Source of the DNA: Thermostichus sp. DRC_bins_24
GTDB taxonomy: Bacteria > Cyanobacteriota > Cyanobacteriia > Thermostichales > Thermostichaceae
DNA length: 36,580 nt
Direction of reading: 5' to 3'
Assembly (NCBI GenBank): GCA_039794845.1
Contig: JAUQVK010000007.1
Coordinates: 1-36,580, forward strand
Positions 19,552-29,510 of this stretch are shown one piece after another. The notes under the pieces are model-generated. The model did not search any database. It was not told the DNA's origin and saw only the letters and a list, made by a program, of their open reading frames with translations. Numbering within the stretch: the first letter of the stretch is position 1; each line of letters starts with the position of its first letter. The position numbers and the translations under genes are program-made.

Positions 19552-21168
19552 CTACTCCCATTCGATGGTGCCGGGGGGCTTGGAGGTGATGTCATAAACG
19601 ACGCGGTTAACACCCGGCACCTCGTTAACGATGCGGTTGGAAATGGTGGCCAAAAGGTCGTAGGGTACCCGGGCCCAGTCTGCCGTCATGCCATCTTCAC
19701 TGGTAACCAACCGCAACACCACCGGGTAAGCATAGGTGCGCTTATCCCCCATCACCCCCACAGAGCGCACATCGGGCAACAGCACGGCGAAGGCTTGCCA
19801 CAGCTTGGGATAATAGCCCGAACGGTTGATCTCCTGCCGCACGATCATATCGGCATCTCGCAAGATCTCCAGCCGCTCCTTGGTGACTTCCCCAATAATA
19901 CGAATGGCCAATCCTGGCCCGGGGAACGGATGCCTGCGCACGATCTCTTCCGGTAGACCCAAAGACTGACCCAGTTGCCGCACCTCATCCTTGAAAAGTT
20001 TGCGCAGGGGCTCCACCAGCTTAAAACGCAGATTCTTGGGCAACCCGCCGACATTGTGATGGCTTTTGATCTTGACGGCGATGCGTTCCCCTGTGACAGG
20101 ATCCACATTGGTGTTGGCAGACTCAATCACATCCGGGTAGAGAGTTCCTTGGGCCAAATACTCAAAGGGGCCTAAACGCTGCGACTCTTCTTCAAACACA
20201 CGAATAAATTCGGCCCCAATTCGTTTGCGCTTTTCCTCCGGGTCGGTAACGCCCTCGAGTTGCTTGAGGAAGCGTTCCTGACCATCGACATAGTTAACGG
20301 GGATGTGAAATTGCTCTTGGAAAAGCCGCAACAGCCGCTGGGGTTCTTCCTTGCGCATAAACCCCTGGTCGATGAACATGCAGGTGAGCTGCTCGCCAAT
20401 GGCGCGGTGCAGTAAAAAGGCCAAGGTGGAGCTATCCACCCCCCCCGAGAGGGCCAACAACACTTTCTTATCACCCACACGAGCCCGCACTTCTCGAATG
20501 GCTTCTTCGATAAAGGCTTCCGTTGTCCAGGTGGGTTCGCAGCCACAGATGTGGTAGACGAAGTTGCGAATCAGAAAGGCTCCGGCCTCAGAATGCACCA
20601 CTTCGGGGTGAAACTGTACCCCGTAGAGATGACGAATTGGATCGGCGATGGCAGCACAGGGGGTGTTGTCGGTGTAAGCTAGCACATGAAACCCGGCGGG
20701 CAGCTCGGTCACAGAGTCCCCGTGGCTCATCCACATAATGCTGCTTTCCGGCAGATTGGTGAGCAAATCGGTGGGATCCAAAATATGGAGGGCGGCGCGG
20801 CCATATTCCCCTTTCTCGGCAGCCTCGACCTTGCCCCCCAGCTGCTGCACCATCAGTTGCATGCCATAGCACACCCCTAGAACAGGGATCCCCAGATGCC
20901 AAATCTCGGGGTCACAAACAGGGGCACCGGCATCGTAAACCGAGTTGGGGCCACCGGAAAGGACAATCCCTTGCGGTTGCAGTTGCCGCAGTTGTTCGGC
21001 GGTGGTGCGATAGGAGAGAACCTCCGAATAGACGTGGGTCTCGCGAATGCGGCGGGCGATTAACTCAGAATACTGGGATCCAAAATCAAGAATAATGATC
21101 ATCTGACGCTGCACCGGCACCGGAGTAGCAGGCGGACTGGGATCCAAGGTGTGCGCTGGGGTGATCAC
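19552..21168 (-). CDS. guaA: GMP synthase (glutamine-hydrolysing)
   Basis: [52 protein letters not shown]. Confidence 0.98.
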   Translation of the reverse strand: MITPAHTLDPSPPATPVPVQRQMIIILDFGSQYSELIARRIRETHVYSEVLSYRTTAEQLRQLQPQGIVLSGGPNSVYDAGAPVCDPEIWHLGIPVLGVCYGMQLMVQQLGGKVEAAEKGEYGRAALHILDPTDLLTNLPESSIMWMSHGDSVTELPAGFHVLAYTDNTPCAAIADPIRHLYGVQFHPEVVHSEAGAFLIRNFVYHICGCEPTWTTEAFIEEAIREVRARVGDKKVLLALSGGVDSSTLAFLLHRAIGEQLTCMFIDQGFMRKEEPQRLLRLFQEQFHIPVNYVDGQERFLKQLEGVTDPEEKRKRIGAEFIRVFEEESQRLGPFEYLAQGTLYPDVIESANTNVDPVTGERIAVKIKSHHNVGGLPKNLRFKLVEPLRKLFKDEVRQLGQSLGLPEEIVRRHPFPGPGLAIRIIGEVTKERLEILRDADMIVRQEINRSGYYPKLWQAFAVLLPDVRSVGVMGDKRTYAYPVVLRLVTSEDGMTADWARVPYDLLATISNRIVNEVPGVNRVVYDITSKPPGTIEWE

Positions 21169-21246
21169 AGGGCCTCTCAGGATGCAGAATCGAATTCATC
21201 AGAAGCTGGGCTTCGGATAAGAAACTTAACTTCTTTTGATTCCTTC

Positions 21247-21255
21247 ATCCTAGCA
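21247..21255 (-). promoter_or_regulatory. Candidate extended -10 promoter for guaA (TGcTAGGAT)
   Basis: Minus strand reads TGC-TAGGAT about 80 nt upstream of the guaA start; motif match only. Confidence 0.35.
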
Positions 21256-21259
21256 GGAA

Positions 21260-21422
21260 TACGGCCTTTTCCGGCGTTCCGGCCCTTGCGTGGGTCTTCT
21301 GGGAGAGGGCTTGTGCTGCCCGGGCCTGGGGCGGGTTTTAACCTCTACAGTTACAGTTGTTAGGTGTAGGTGGGACCGGCGTGTCCTTGGCGTAGAGGGC
21401 TGTAAAGTCGGAAAAGGCTGTA
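21260..21422 (+). ncRNA. Candidate structured RNA or MITE-like element: long rod-shaped hairpin
   Basis: TACGGCCTTTTCCGGC (21260-21275) pairs with GTCGGAAAAGGCTGTA (21407-21422) with two G-U pairs; CGGCCCT-TGCGT (21280-21291) pairs with GCGTA-G-AGGGCTG (21390-21402); inner helices AGAGG/CCTCT and CTGCCC/GGGCGG. Identity unknown. Confidence 0.5.
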
Positions 21423-21577
21423 GGCTACCCGCTGCCTGAGTCCTTGCCTTTGGGTCTTCTTTTGACCGGGGCCAATCCTGCGTTCAATCCCTGCCGCTTC
21501 AGAGATACCCTACTTTATGATCGATATGATTACGACCAAGACGGATATCAGCAGGGATCCCCAAGGCCACCCTCTCT

Positions 21578-22588
21578 ATGTCCATTGCTGCTGAGTCATT
21601 TCAAACTTACGTTCGCCGTCGCCGCCGAAAGCTTGCCCGCCGCCTCAAACGACAGCAGGGGTGGGGTTTGGTTTTGGCTTTGTTGGTTTTGTACCTGCTA
21701 AGTTGTGAGGGACTCCCCCCGCGGCAGTGGGTGGAGCAACCTCTATGGCTGGTTTTGATCCCTCTGTTGGGGGGAGGGCTCTACAGTCTGGGCACGGGGT
21801 TAATTTGGATGTTCCGCCAGCGCCGGTTTGCTCAGGGATTCTGCAGTTCCACCCAGCTTTTGGCTCAAATGATCAGCCTGCCCCACTTGGCTTTGGCCGC
21901 TCTGATCTGGTTGGGGTTGGCGGTTTGGGGGGAGCACCTCCTGCCTTTGTTGGCGAGACAAAAGCCCCAATTGTTGGCCGGCCTGTTTATCAGTTGGCTC
22001 TTGGCGCAGGGGTGGAGTTTCCTGCGACCCGGTTGGAGGGTAGAGGCTGGCCAACTCTGGACGGACTACTTACAGGAGTTGCGAAGTTCTGTGCTGCAGC
22101 CCTGCTACCAACGTCTGGAAGCCTGTCGTCACTCGCTGCGCTTTTATCATGCCATTTGGCAAGATCTGCAACTGGAGGAAATAGAGGCGCGGCACTTGAT
22201 GCAGCTGCTGTCGGAGTCGCTGCCCCTGCCAACTGTGCCTCTACAGGTTTACGCTCAGCAGGTGCACCACTGTTGTCGGCAGCTGGCAGCCCTGCTGGCC
22301 CGCATGCAAGAGCGGGTAGAGCACCTAGAGCAGGCGTTGCTCCATGTGGAGCTGGAGTTGGCCTCTCATCAGTCGTTGCAGGCTCAACCACAGCCGGTTA
22401 ATTTGCTGGCGGAAGAGTGGGAGGGGTGGCAGGAGCTGGATCTCCAGGAGTTGGTTTGGTTGAACCAGGAGCTGCTGGGCACCGATCGCTCTTTACAGGG
22501 TTTGACCCAAGAGCTGAAGGGCTGGGCTGATCAGGCCATTCCCGTTGGATTGAAACCGGGGTCACCATGGCAGGGATCCCTGGGATGA
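21578..22588 (+). CDS. Hypothetical membrane protein with helical/coiled-coil C-terminus
   Basis: Basic N-terminus (RRRRRK), about four hydrophobic segments, L/Q/E-rich tail; its TGA overlaps the rsmG ATG. Confidence 0.72.
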   Translation: MSIAAESFQTYVRRRRRKLARRLKRQQGWGLVLALLVLYLLSCEGLPPRQWVEQPLWLVLIPLLGGGLYSLGTGLIWMFRQRRFAQGFCSSTQLLAQMISLPHLALAALIWLGLAVWGEHLLPLLARQKPQLLAGLFISWLLAQGWSFLRPGWRVEAGQLWTDYLQELRSSVLQPCYQRLEACRHSLRFYHAIWQDLQLEEIEARHLMQLLSESLPLPTVPLQVYAQQVHHCCRQLAALLARMQERVEHLEQALLHVELELASHQSLQAQPQPVNLLAEEWEGWQELDLQELVWLNQELLGTDRSLQGLTQELKGWADQAIPVGLKPGSPWQGSLG

Positions 22589-23394
22589 GGGAGAATGATT
22601 GCCCCGGGTCCTCCGAGTTGGGGGCTCTGTGGGAAAGCTGGTTGATGAACTTGGGTTGGCAGCCGACCCCTCAACAACAGCAACAACTGCAGCAGCTCTA
22701 TCCGTTGGTGATGGCCGGGAACCAAACCCAAAACCTAACCCGCATCACCGACCTGATTGATTTTTGGGAGAAACATCTGTGGGATTCTTTGCGGGGGTTA
22801 ACCTTGTTGGGTGACTGGGATACCCTGCAAGCTCAACCTTGGCGGGGAATCGACATTGGCACCGGGGCGGGTTTTCCAGGGATCCCGGCACAAATCGCCT
22901 TACCCCAAAGTACGTTTACGCTGCTGGACAGTACCCAACGCAAGATCGCCTTTGTGCAGGAAACCCTGCAGAAACTCTCCCTCACCCGTGCGCGGGCGGT
23001 GGCTCAGCGGGCAGAAGTCTGGGGACAAACCCGAGAGGAACGGGGCAGCTACGATATCGCGTTGGCCAGAGCCTTGGCCTCAGCGGAGATTTGCGCTGAG
23101 TATTGTCTGCCCTTATTAAAAGTGGGGGGGCGGGCCATTCTCTATCGCGGTCATTGGACCGAGGCAGAAGCCCAAACCCTGAAACTGGCCCTCGAACCCT
23201 TGGGCGGAAAATTGTCCCATGTGGAAGCCTTCACCACCCCCCGCAGCCACGGGGTTCGTCACTGCTTGCTGCTGGAAAAGGTGGTCCCGACCCCCTCTCT
23301 GTATCCCCGTTCTCCAGGTGTACCCAAACGTCAGCCGTTGGGACGGGGGAAACCGCCCATCCAAAGGCTGGGATCCCCGACTGCTTCTTGTTAG
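22585..23394 (+). CDS. rsmG: 16S rRNA m7G527 methyltransferase
   Basis: NLTRI, EKHLWDSL, DIGTGAGFPGIP, RAE, ARAL, YPRSPGVPKRQPL. Exact start uncertain. Confidence 0.95.
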   Translation: MRENDCPGSSELGALWESWLMNLGWQPTPQQQQQLQQLYPLVMAGNQTQNLTRITDLIDFWEKHLWDSLRGLTLLGDWDTLQAQPWRGIDIGTGAGFPGIPAQIALPQSTFTLLDSTQRKIAFVQETLQKLSLTRARAVAQRAEVWGQTREERGSYDIALARALASAEICAEYCLPLLKVGGRAILYRGHWTEAEAQTLKLALEPLGGKLSHVEAFTTPRSHGVRHCLLLEKVVPTPSLYPRSPGVPKRQPLGRGKPPIQRLGSPTASC

Positions 23395-23524
23395 AAAAGC
23401 CTGTAAGAAAAGCCTGTGCAAAGCCTTAAAAAAGAGCTTGAATGGGTGGGTTTGCAAACGCCATTGGGACGACTAAGATGTGGGTGGCATCAAGTTCGGG
23501 TTTAACGGGTGTCTTAACCAGGTG

Positions 23525-23568
23525 AGCTTCCGAACTGAACGCTAAAGGGTAAGGTTCGGAGATTTGCT
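23525..23568 (+). promoter_or_regulatory. 5' UTR hairpin pairing with the TTCGGAGA ribosome-binding element of the rbp gene
   Basis: TCCGAAC (23529-23535) is complementary to GTTCGGA (23554-23560); AGC/GCT extends the stem. Confidence 0.6.
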
Positions 23569-23573
23569 ACGTT

Positions 23574-23861
23574 ATGACCATTTTTGTGGGTAATCTGTCC
23601 TTCAAAGCCAGTGAAGAGGATCTGCGACTTGTGTTCGCTGAGTATGGTGCTGTCAAGCAGATTAAGTTGCCCGTCGATCGCGAAACCGGTCGCAAGCGGG
23701 GCTTCGCATTTGTGGAACTGGAAGACGAAGCCGATGAGCAAAAAGCCATCGACGAGTTGGATGGGGCCACTTGGATGGGGCGGGATCTGCGGGTCAACAA
23801 GGCCTTGCCTCGTCAAGCCGGCGCGGGTGGCAATCGGGATGGGCGTTCCCCCCGCATCTGA
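23574..23861 (+). CDS. RRM-type RNA-binding protein (cyanobacterial Rbp family)
   Basis: RNP2 IFVGNL, RNP1 RGFAFVEL, WMGRDLRVNKA, short Gly/Arg tail. Confidence 0.95.
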   Translation: MTIFVGNLSFKASEEDLRLVFAEYGAVKQIKLPVDRETGRKRGFAFVELEDEADEQKAIDELDGATWMGRDLRVNKALPRQAGAGGNRDGRSPRI

Positions 23862-23914
23862 CCCGACCCGGTTTGGGCTCATTCTCACCGCCTCGGAAAG
23901 GCTCGACAAGACTT

Positions 23915-23947
23915 AGACCAGGGATTGAGGGTCGGGATCCCTGGTCT
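23915..23947. terminator. Hairpin between convergent rbp and ABC permease genes
   Basis: AGACCAGGGAT (23915-23925) pairs with ATCCCTGGTCT (23937-23947); 11-bp perfect stem; no clear U-tract. Confidence 0.55.
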
Positions 23948-24781
23948 TCAGCGTGAGCGCAAAAGCACCCGGCTCAGAAAGACCAAGCCAAACCAGAACG
24001 AAGCCGTCAACACGATGGCGGGGCCGGAGGCAACGTTTAAGTAGTAACTGGCATACATCCCGATCAAGCTGGCACTTACCCCGAATAGGGATCCCAGCAG
24101 CATTACCTGTTGCAGTTGCGGCACAAGCAGATAGGCCGTTGCCGCCGGGGTGATCAACATGGCCAGCACCAACAGTACCCCCACCGCCTTCATGCTGGCC
24201 ACCAAAGCGAGAGCGGTGAGCATCATCAATCCCCAGCCCAACTTGGCCGTGGGCAAGCCTGCTGCCTCGGCCCCCAGGGGATCAAAACTGTAGAAGGTGA
24301 GCTCCTTAAAAAAGAGGGCTACCAGCCCCAACACCAGTAAGGTGATGCCCACCACCGTCAGCACATCGGTAGCGCTCACCCCAAGGATGTTGCCGAAAAG
24401 AAAATGGTTGAGATCAATGCGGGCCCGCCGTTGGATCAGCGTGATCAACAGGATCCCCAGGGCAAAAAACGCCGAGAATACGATCCCCATCGCGGCATCG
24501 GCCTTGATCGGGCTGGCGGATCGAATCCACTGGATCAGCACGGCACTGATGACCCCGGCCACAAAGGCCCCGACAAACAGGTTGAGGCCGAACAGGTAGG
24601 CTAAGGCCAACCCCGGCAGCAGCGAGTGGCTGATGGCATCCCCCAACAGGGCCAGACTTTGTACCAGTAGGTAGCTGCCCACCACCGCACAGAGGATCCC
24701 GACGGCCACCGCCACCAGCAGAGAGCGCTGCATGAAGGCAAAACTCAGGGGATCCGACAGGCTGCGCCAGAGAAATTCCAT
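23948..24781 (-). CDS. Mn/Zn ABC transporter permease (MntB-like)
   Basis: LLGDAISHSLLPG, DLNHFLFGNIL, SFDP, LITPAATA; multiple TM helices. Confidence 0.93.
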   Translation of the reverse strand: MEFLWRSLSDPLSFAFMQRSLLVAVAVGILCAVVGSYLLVQSLALLGDAISHSLLPGLALAYLFGLNLFVGAFVAGVISAVLIQWIRSASPIKADAAMGIVFSAFFALGILLITLIQRRARIDLNHFLFGNILGVSATDVLTVVGITLLVLGLVALFFKELTFYSFDPLGAEAAGLPTAKLGWGLMMLTALALVASMKAVGVLLVLAMLITPAATAYLLVPQLQQVMLLGSLFGVSASLIGMYASYYLNVASGPAIVLTASFWFGLVFLSRVLLRSR

Positions 24782-24809
24782 AGAAGCTTCAGGAACGGTG
24801 GGGAATAGG

Positions 24810-25577
24810 TTAGGCGGCCAAATCCAGAAGGATCGAAGAACCGTAGGCTCGCTGCAACACCTGTGGCTGCAACACCTGCTGCGGGGATCCTTGGGCGATC
24901 AACCCTTGGTTGAGGAGCAAAACCTCATCAAAATAAGTCAGGGCCTGACCCAGATCATGATGCACCAGCATCACGATGTGTCCAGCATCCGCCAATTCCC
25001 GCAGTACTTGAAACAAAATCTCGCCGCTGGGCTGATCGATCCCCGCAAAGGGCTCATCCAAGGCGTAAATCTCCGCCTCCTGTGCCAAGGCCCGCGCCAA
25101 AAACACCCGCTGCTGCTGCCCCCCCGACAACTGGCCAATCGGTCGATCCCGATAGGCCGACATCCCCACCCGCTCCAGAGCTTGAGCCGCCCGTTGCCGA
25201 CCCTGCCGACCAATACGACGTAACCATCCGGTGGGCTTGACTCGCCCCATCAACACCACATCCCAAACGGTGGCGGGAAATGTCCAGTCGATTACAGACC
25301 GTTGCGGCAAATAGGCCACCTGCTCGGATCCCAGCTCCCGCCCCCGGTAGCACACCTCTCCCCGCTCCAGAGGCACCAACCCCAGCAACCCCTTCAGGAA
25401 CGTGCTCTTGCCGGCCCCGTTGGGCCCGAGAATGCCGGTAATGCGTCCGGGTTGAATCTCGGTGGTGATGTCCTGCAGCACCCGTGAGCTGCCATAGCGC
25501 ACCGAAAGAGCCCGCACAACCAGGGATCCGGTTGGGCCAGCCCGATGCAGACAGAGGGAAGAAGGCTGTTCTTTCAT
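24810..25577 (-). CDS. Mn/Zn ABC transporter ATP-binding protein (MntA-like)
   Basis: GPNGAGKST, YLPQR, LSGGQQQRVFLARAL, LDEPFAGID, HHDL. Start uncertain (ATG 25577 or GTG 25595). Confidence 0.93.
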   Translation of the reverse strand: MKEQPSSLCLHRAGPTGSLVVRALSVRYGSSRVLQDITTEIQPGRITGILGPNGAGKSTFLKGLLGLVPLERGEVCYRGRELGSEQVAYLPQRSVIDWTFPATVWDVVLMGRVKPTGWLRRIGRQGRQRAAQALERVGMSAYRDRPIGQLSGGQQQRVFLARALAQEAEIYALDEPFAGIDQPSGEILFQVLRELADAGHIVMLVHHDLGQALTYFDEVLLLNQGLIAQGSPQQVLQPQVLQRAYGSSILLDLAA

Positions 25578-25589
25578 TTTGATTTCATT
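25571..25589 (-). promoter_or_regulatory. ManR-like direct-repeat box AATGAAAT-caa-AATGAAAG
   Basis: Minus-strand read; 8-bp repeats with 3-nt spacer overlapping the ATPase ATG. Confidence 0.55.
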
Positions 25590-25628
25590 TTTCACTGTGC
25601 CCAGTGTAACCTAAAGAAGCACCTCAAT

Positions 25629-25647
25629 AATGAAACAACAATGAAAA
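25629..25647 (+). promoter_or_regulatory. ManR-like direct-repeat box AATGAAAC-aac-AATGAAAA
   Basis: 8-bp repeats with 3-nt spacer overlapping the ATG of the substrate-binding gene. Confidence 0.55.
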
Positions 25648-26564
25648 GCCCTATTTTTGTCTTGTGGCGTTTTGTGGTTGGTTTTGGCCTGGCCATTGGC
25701 AGTGGGTTGACCCTCTTGGGTTCCGCTTCGGCTCGTCCCCGGGTTGTTGCCACCACCACCCTGATCGCCGATTGGGTGGAGCAGGTGGGGCAAGATCGCA
25801 TCCAGCTCACCAGCCTGCTGCAGCCGGGGGTGGATCCCCACATCTACGAGCCGGTGCCCGCCGATGGCGTGGCCCTAGAACAAGCCGACTTGGTCTTCTA
25901 CAACGGCTACAACCTAGAGCCTGGGCTAATTCGGTTGATGAATGCCACTGCCCAACAGGCGCGCCGGATCCCTTTGGCGGAGGAGATTGATCCCATCCTC
26001 AGCGATGAAGACGGGATCCCTACCCCTGACCCGCACGTGTGGGGCAATGTGGAACACGTGATCGTCATGGTGGAGCGGATCCGCCAAGAGCTGACGGAAC
26101 TGGCCCCAACGGAAGCAGCCTTTTTTCAGGCCAATGCAGCCGCCTACCAGGCAGAACTGAAGGCCCTGCACACCTGGATCTCCGAGCAAATCCAAACCAT
26201 TCCGCCGCCCAACCGTGTTTTGGTCACCACCCACGATGCCTTCGCCTACTACACCCAAACCTACGGCCTCCGCATGGGGGGATCCCTGATCGGCCTTAGC
26301 ACCGAAGAGCAGCCCAGCGCCCAAACGGTGGCCCAACTGGTGCGGGAGATCCGCGCTTTGCAGGTACCGGCCATTTTTGCCGAAACCACCATCAACCCCG
26401 CCCTGATTCAAACGGTTGCCGCCGAAGCAGGCGTACAGGTGGCGGAACAGGAGCTCTACTCCGACTCTTTGGGCGAAGCAGGTAGTGGGGCAGAAACCTA
26501 CCTGGAGATGATGCGCCTCAACACCCGAACCATTGTGCAGGCCCTGGGAGGATCCCCGAACTGA
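25641..26564 (+). CDS. Mn/Zn ABC transporter substrate-binding protein (TroA/MntC family)
   Basis: Signal peptide, VVATT, metal ligands DPHIYEP, DPHVW, THDAF, YSDSLG. Confidence 0.93.
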   Translation: MKSPIFVLWRFVVGFGLAIGSGLTLLGSASARPRVVATTTLIADWVEQVGQDRIQLTSLLQPGVDPHIYEPVPADGVALEQADLVFYNGYNLEPGLIRLMNATAQQARRIPLAEEIDPILSDEDGIPTPDPHVWGNVEHVIVMVERIRQELTELAPTEAAFFQANAAAYQAELKALHTWISEQIQTIPPPNRVLVTTHDAFAYYTQTYGLRMGGSLIGLSTEEQPSAQTVAQLVREIRALQVPAIFAETTINPALIQTVAAEAGVQVAEQELYSDSLGEAGSGAETYLEMMRLNTRTIVQALGGSPN

Positions 26565-26642
26565 GCATTCAACCGGATCCCAGGTAGGGGGGTCGAGTTT
26601 TGTATGATGGGTACTCAGCCTTTACTCCCCTTTTTTTAATCC

Positions 26643-28448
26643 ATGTCCGCTGCTATCCATCGCCCGGCCCGCTCCCTCTACTGCGGCGAAGTCCGCCCTA
26701 TCCACGTCGGTCAAACAGTGACCCTCTACGGTTGGATCGACCGCCGCCGGGATCATGGGGGAGTAATTTTTCTGGATTTACGGGATCGGTCGGGCCTGGT
26801 GCAACTGGTGGCGGATCCGCAAAAAACCCCGGAGTCTTACCCTCTGGCTGGAGAAGTGCGCAATGAATACGTGGTGCAGGTGAGGGGGATTGTGCAAAAG
26901 CGGCCTGCCGACTCCTTTAACCCGCGCTTAGCCACTGGAGAGATTGAGATCTACGCCGAGCACCTGGAAATTCTCAGTCGGGTGAGCAAACAAATTCCCT
27001 TTGCGGTATCTGGAGAAGAAGCAGAGGACGTCCGAGAAGAAATTCGCCTGCGCTATCGCTACCTGGATTTGCGTCGGGAACGGATGTCCCGCAATCTGCA
27101 ACTGCGCCATCAGGTGATTAAGGCCATTCGTCGCTTTTTGGAGGATGAAGCGGGTTTTGTGGAGGTGGAAACGCCCATTCTGACCCGTTCTACCCCAGAA
27201 GGGGCTCGAGACTACCTGGTGCCCAGCCGCGTTAACCCCGGTGAATGGTTTGCTTTGCCCCAGTCTCCGCAACTGTTTAAGCAACTGCTAATGGTGGCGG
27301 GGATGGATCGCTACTACCAAATTGCCCGCTGCTTTCGAGATGAGGATCTGCGGGCCGATCGGCAGCCGGAGTTCACCCAGTTGGATATGGAAATGAGCTT
27401 TTTGGATCAAGAAGGGATCCTCGACCTCAATGAACAGCTGATCTGCCATATCTTCAAAACCGTAAAAGGCATTGATTTGCCTCGTCCCTTTCCACGTCTG
27501 ACCTATGCAGAAGCGATGGCCCGCTACGGCTCCGATAAGCCCGACACCCGATTTGGTATGGAACTGGTAGATGTTTCCGATTTGTTTCAGGGATCCCGGT
27601 TTAAGGTCTTTTCTAAGGTCCTGGTGGAAGGGGGATCGATCAAAATTTTGCCCGTGCCCGGTGGGGATGAAAAGATCTCCAATACCCGCATCAAGCCGGG
27701 TGGCGATCTGTTTAAGTTGGTTACCCAGTATGGGGCCGGGGGTTTGGCTTTCATCCGGGTACGGCCCGATAGCCTGGATACCATAGGTGCTCTAAAAGAC
27801 AGCTTGAGCCCAGAACAAGAGCAGAAATTATTGGCTTTAACCGGCGCCCAACCTGGAGATTTATTGTTGTTCGGGGCGGGGCCCACACCCATTGTGAACG
27901 AATCTTTGAACCGGCTACGACTGCACTTGGGCCACGAATTGGGGCTAATCCCAGAGGGGGCTCTGAACTTGCTGTGGGTTACGGATTTCCCCATGTTTGA
28001 GTTCAATGCTGAAGAAAATCGCCTTGAAGCCCTACACCACCCCTTTACGGCCCCCAATCCAGCAGACCTCGCCGATCTAAAAACTGCCCGTGCCCAAGCC
28101 TACGACTTGGTTTGGAACGGCGTTGAAGTGGGGGGGGGATCCCTACGCATTTACCAGCGGGAAATTCAGGAACAAGTGTTTCAAGCGATTGGTCTCACAC
28201 CCGAACAAGCTCACGACAAATTTGGCTTTTTGTTAGAGGCTTTTGAGTATGGCACCCCACCCCATGGTGGTATTGCTTATGGGATTGACCGTCTGGTCAT
28301 GCTTCTGGCAGGAGAAGATTCTATTCGAGATGTAATTGCCTTCCCGAAAACACAACAGGCAAAGTGTTTGCTCACGGGTGCCCCTTCAGGGGTTGAGAAT
28401 AAACAGCTGAAAGAACTTTATGTCGCTTCCACCTATCAGCCAGACTGA
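26643..28448 (+). CDS. aspS: Aspartate--tRNA ligase (probably non-discriminating Asp/Asn)
   Basis: [64 protein letters not shown]. His in RRDHG is the non-discriminating signature. Confidence 0.98.
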   Translation: MSAAIHRPARSLYCGEVRPIHVGQTVTLYGWIDRRRDHGGVIFLDLRDRSGLVQLVADPQKTPESYPLAGEVRNEYVVQVRGIVQKRPADSFNPRLATGEIEIYAEHLEILSRVSKQIPFAVSGEEAEDVREEIRLRYRYLDLRRERMSRNLQLRHQVIKAIRRFLEDEAGFVEVETPILTRSTPEGARDYLVPSRVNPGEWFALPQSPQLFKQLLMVAGMDRYYQIARCFRDEDLRADRQPEFTQLDMEMSFLDQEGILDLNEQLICHIFKTVKGIDLPRPFPRLTYAEAMARYGSDKPDTRFGMELVDVSDLFQGSRFKVFSKVLVEGGSIKILPVPGGDEKISNTRIKPGGDLFKLVTQYGAGGLAFIRVRPDSLDTIGALKDSLSPEQEQKLLALTGAQPGDLLLFGAGPTPIVNESLNRLRLHLGHELGLIPEGALNLLWVTDFPMFEFNAEENRLEALHHPFTAPNPADLADLKTARAQAYDLVWNGVEVGGGSLRIYQREIQEQVFQAIGLTPEQAHDKFGFLLEAFEYGTPPHGGIAYGIDRLVMLLAGEDSIRDVIAFPKTQQAKCLLTGAPSGVENKQLKELYVASTYQPD

Positions 28449-28463
28449 GAGGAGTTTTCTCAA

Positions 28464-29510
28464 ATGAGTTTTCTGATTCAAAGGCTGAAGGACTTGGGCT
28501 TACTAAAAGACACTGACTTTAGCATCTGTAGTGTTGGTGCGGGAATCTACGAAGAAGACGATTTTGAAAGCAGCTGGTATACTTTGGGCAGTCAATTGAC
28601 GATATTTGGCTTTGAGCCCAATCCCTATGAGTTTCAGCGACTTGTGGAAAACTATAATGAGCAGAAGCCAGCATACAACGTTGTATATTTCAATAAAGCT
28701 GTATCTCAACGATCTGAACCAGTTATTTTGAATGTTGCTTCCTCTCCTCCATGCTCCTCAATTTATCAGCCAAACGATGATTATTGTGAACGCATCTGTT
28801 TGTATGCCACTAACTCGGGGAAAGAATACTCTTTCGACAAAATGAGCAAGGCGACTCAAGTTATCTCTAAAGTTCAATTCCAATCAACCACACTGGATGA
28901 AGAGCTGCCTGAAGCGACGATACTCGACTTTCTGAAAATAGATGTACAGGGTGCTGACTTAGATGTGTTGATCGGAGGCGAGAAAAAAGTTCTCCCGAAT
29001 CTATTGGCTTTACAAATCGAGATTGAGCTTAATCCACTTTACATAGATCAGCCTTTGTTTGGAGATATTGACAGCTACTTGAGAAAGCAGGGCTTATCCA
29101 TCTTGGATTTCCGGACGGCAAGGAGATTAAGATCTATCGCTCCTGTATTTGACTCGAGAAATCAAGGTTGGGCTGGACAACTGCTTTGGGGTGATGCCAT
29201 TTATTTCCGCGATCTGGTCGCATATCCTGAGGAACATCCTCTCAAAACACCTAAGAATCTTCTAAAACTTGCTTGTGTACTTTCATGCCTATGGGGCAAT
29301 GCGTTTATTGATATTGCTCTAGAAAGCTTAATCTATCTCGCAACTCATTACGGAGACCTGACCAATAGATACTTTGAAATTGCAGAGATTGCAAAAGAGA
29401 TATTTTGCCATCCAGATTATGGATTAGGCTTGACTCTGGCAGAGGCAGAAAATACAGAAGCCATACAAATGATCCGATCAGCTAAAGAACTAGCTGAACA
29501 ATTGAGCTAA
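28464..29510 (+). CDS. FkbM family SAM-dependent methyltransferase
   Basis: VGAG, FGFEPN, TTLDE, DFLKIDVQGADLDVL, WGDAIY; GAGGAG upstream; visibly AT-rich. Confidence 0.87.
   Translation: MSFLIQRLKDLGLLKDTDFSICSVGAGIYEEDDFESSWYTLGSQLTIFGFEPNPYEFQRLVENYNEQKPAYNVVYFNKAVSQRSEPVILNVASSPPCSSIYQPNDDYCERICLYATNSGKEYSFDKMSKATQVISKVQFQSTTLDEELPEATILDFLKIDVQGADLDVLIGGEKKVLPNLLALQIEIELNPLYIDQPLFGDIDSYLRKQGLSILDFRTARRLRSIAPVFDSRNQGWAGQLLWGDAIYFRDLVAYPEEHPLKTPKNLLKLACVLSCLWGNAFIDIALESLIYLATHYGDLTNRYFEIAEIAKEIFCHPDYGLGLTLAEAENTEAIQMIRSAKELAEQLS

Noticed and set aside
21290..21360. Cobalamin riboswitch on the minus strand (CAACTGTAA, CCAGAAGACC)
   Set aside because: No AGGGAA or GCCACTG core, and the pairing bias favours the + strand.
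19543..21406. 11-bp inverted repeat TTTACAGCCCT/AGGGCTGTAAA flanking guaA
   Set aside because: Too short to separate from chance, no transposase, and guaA is a core gene.
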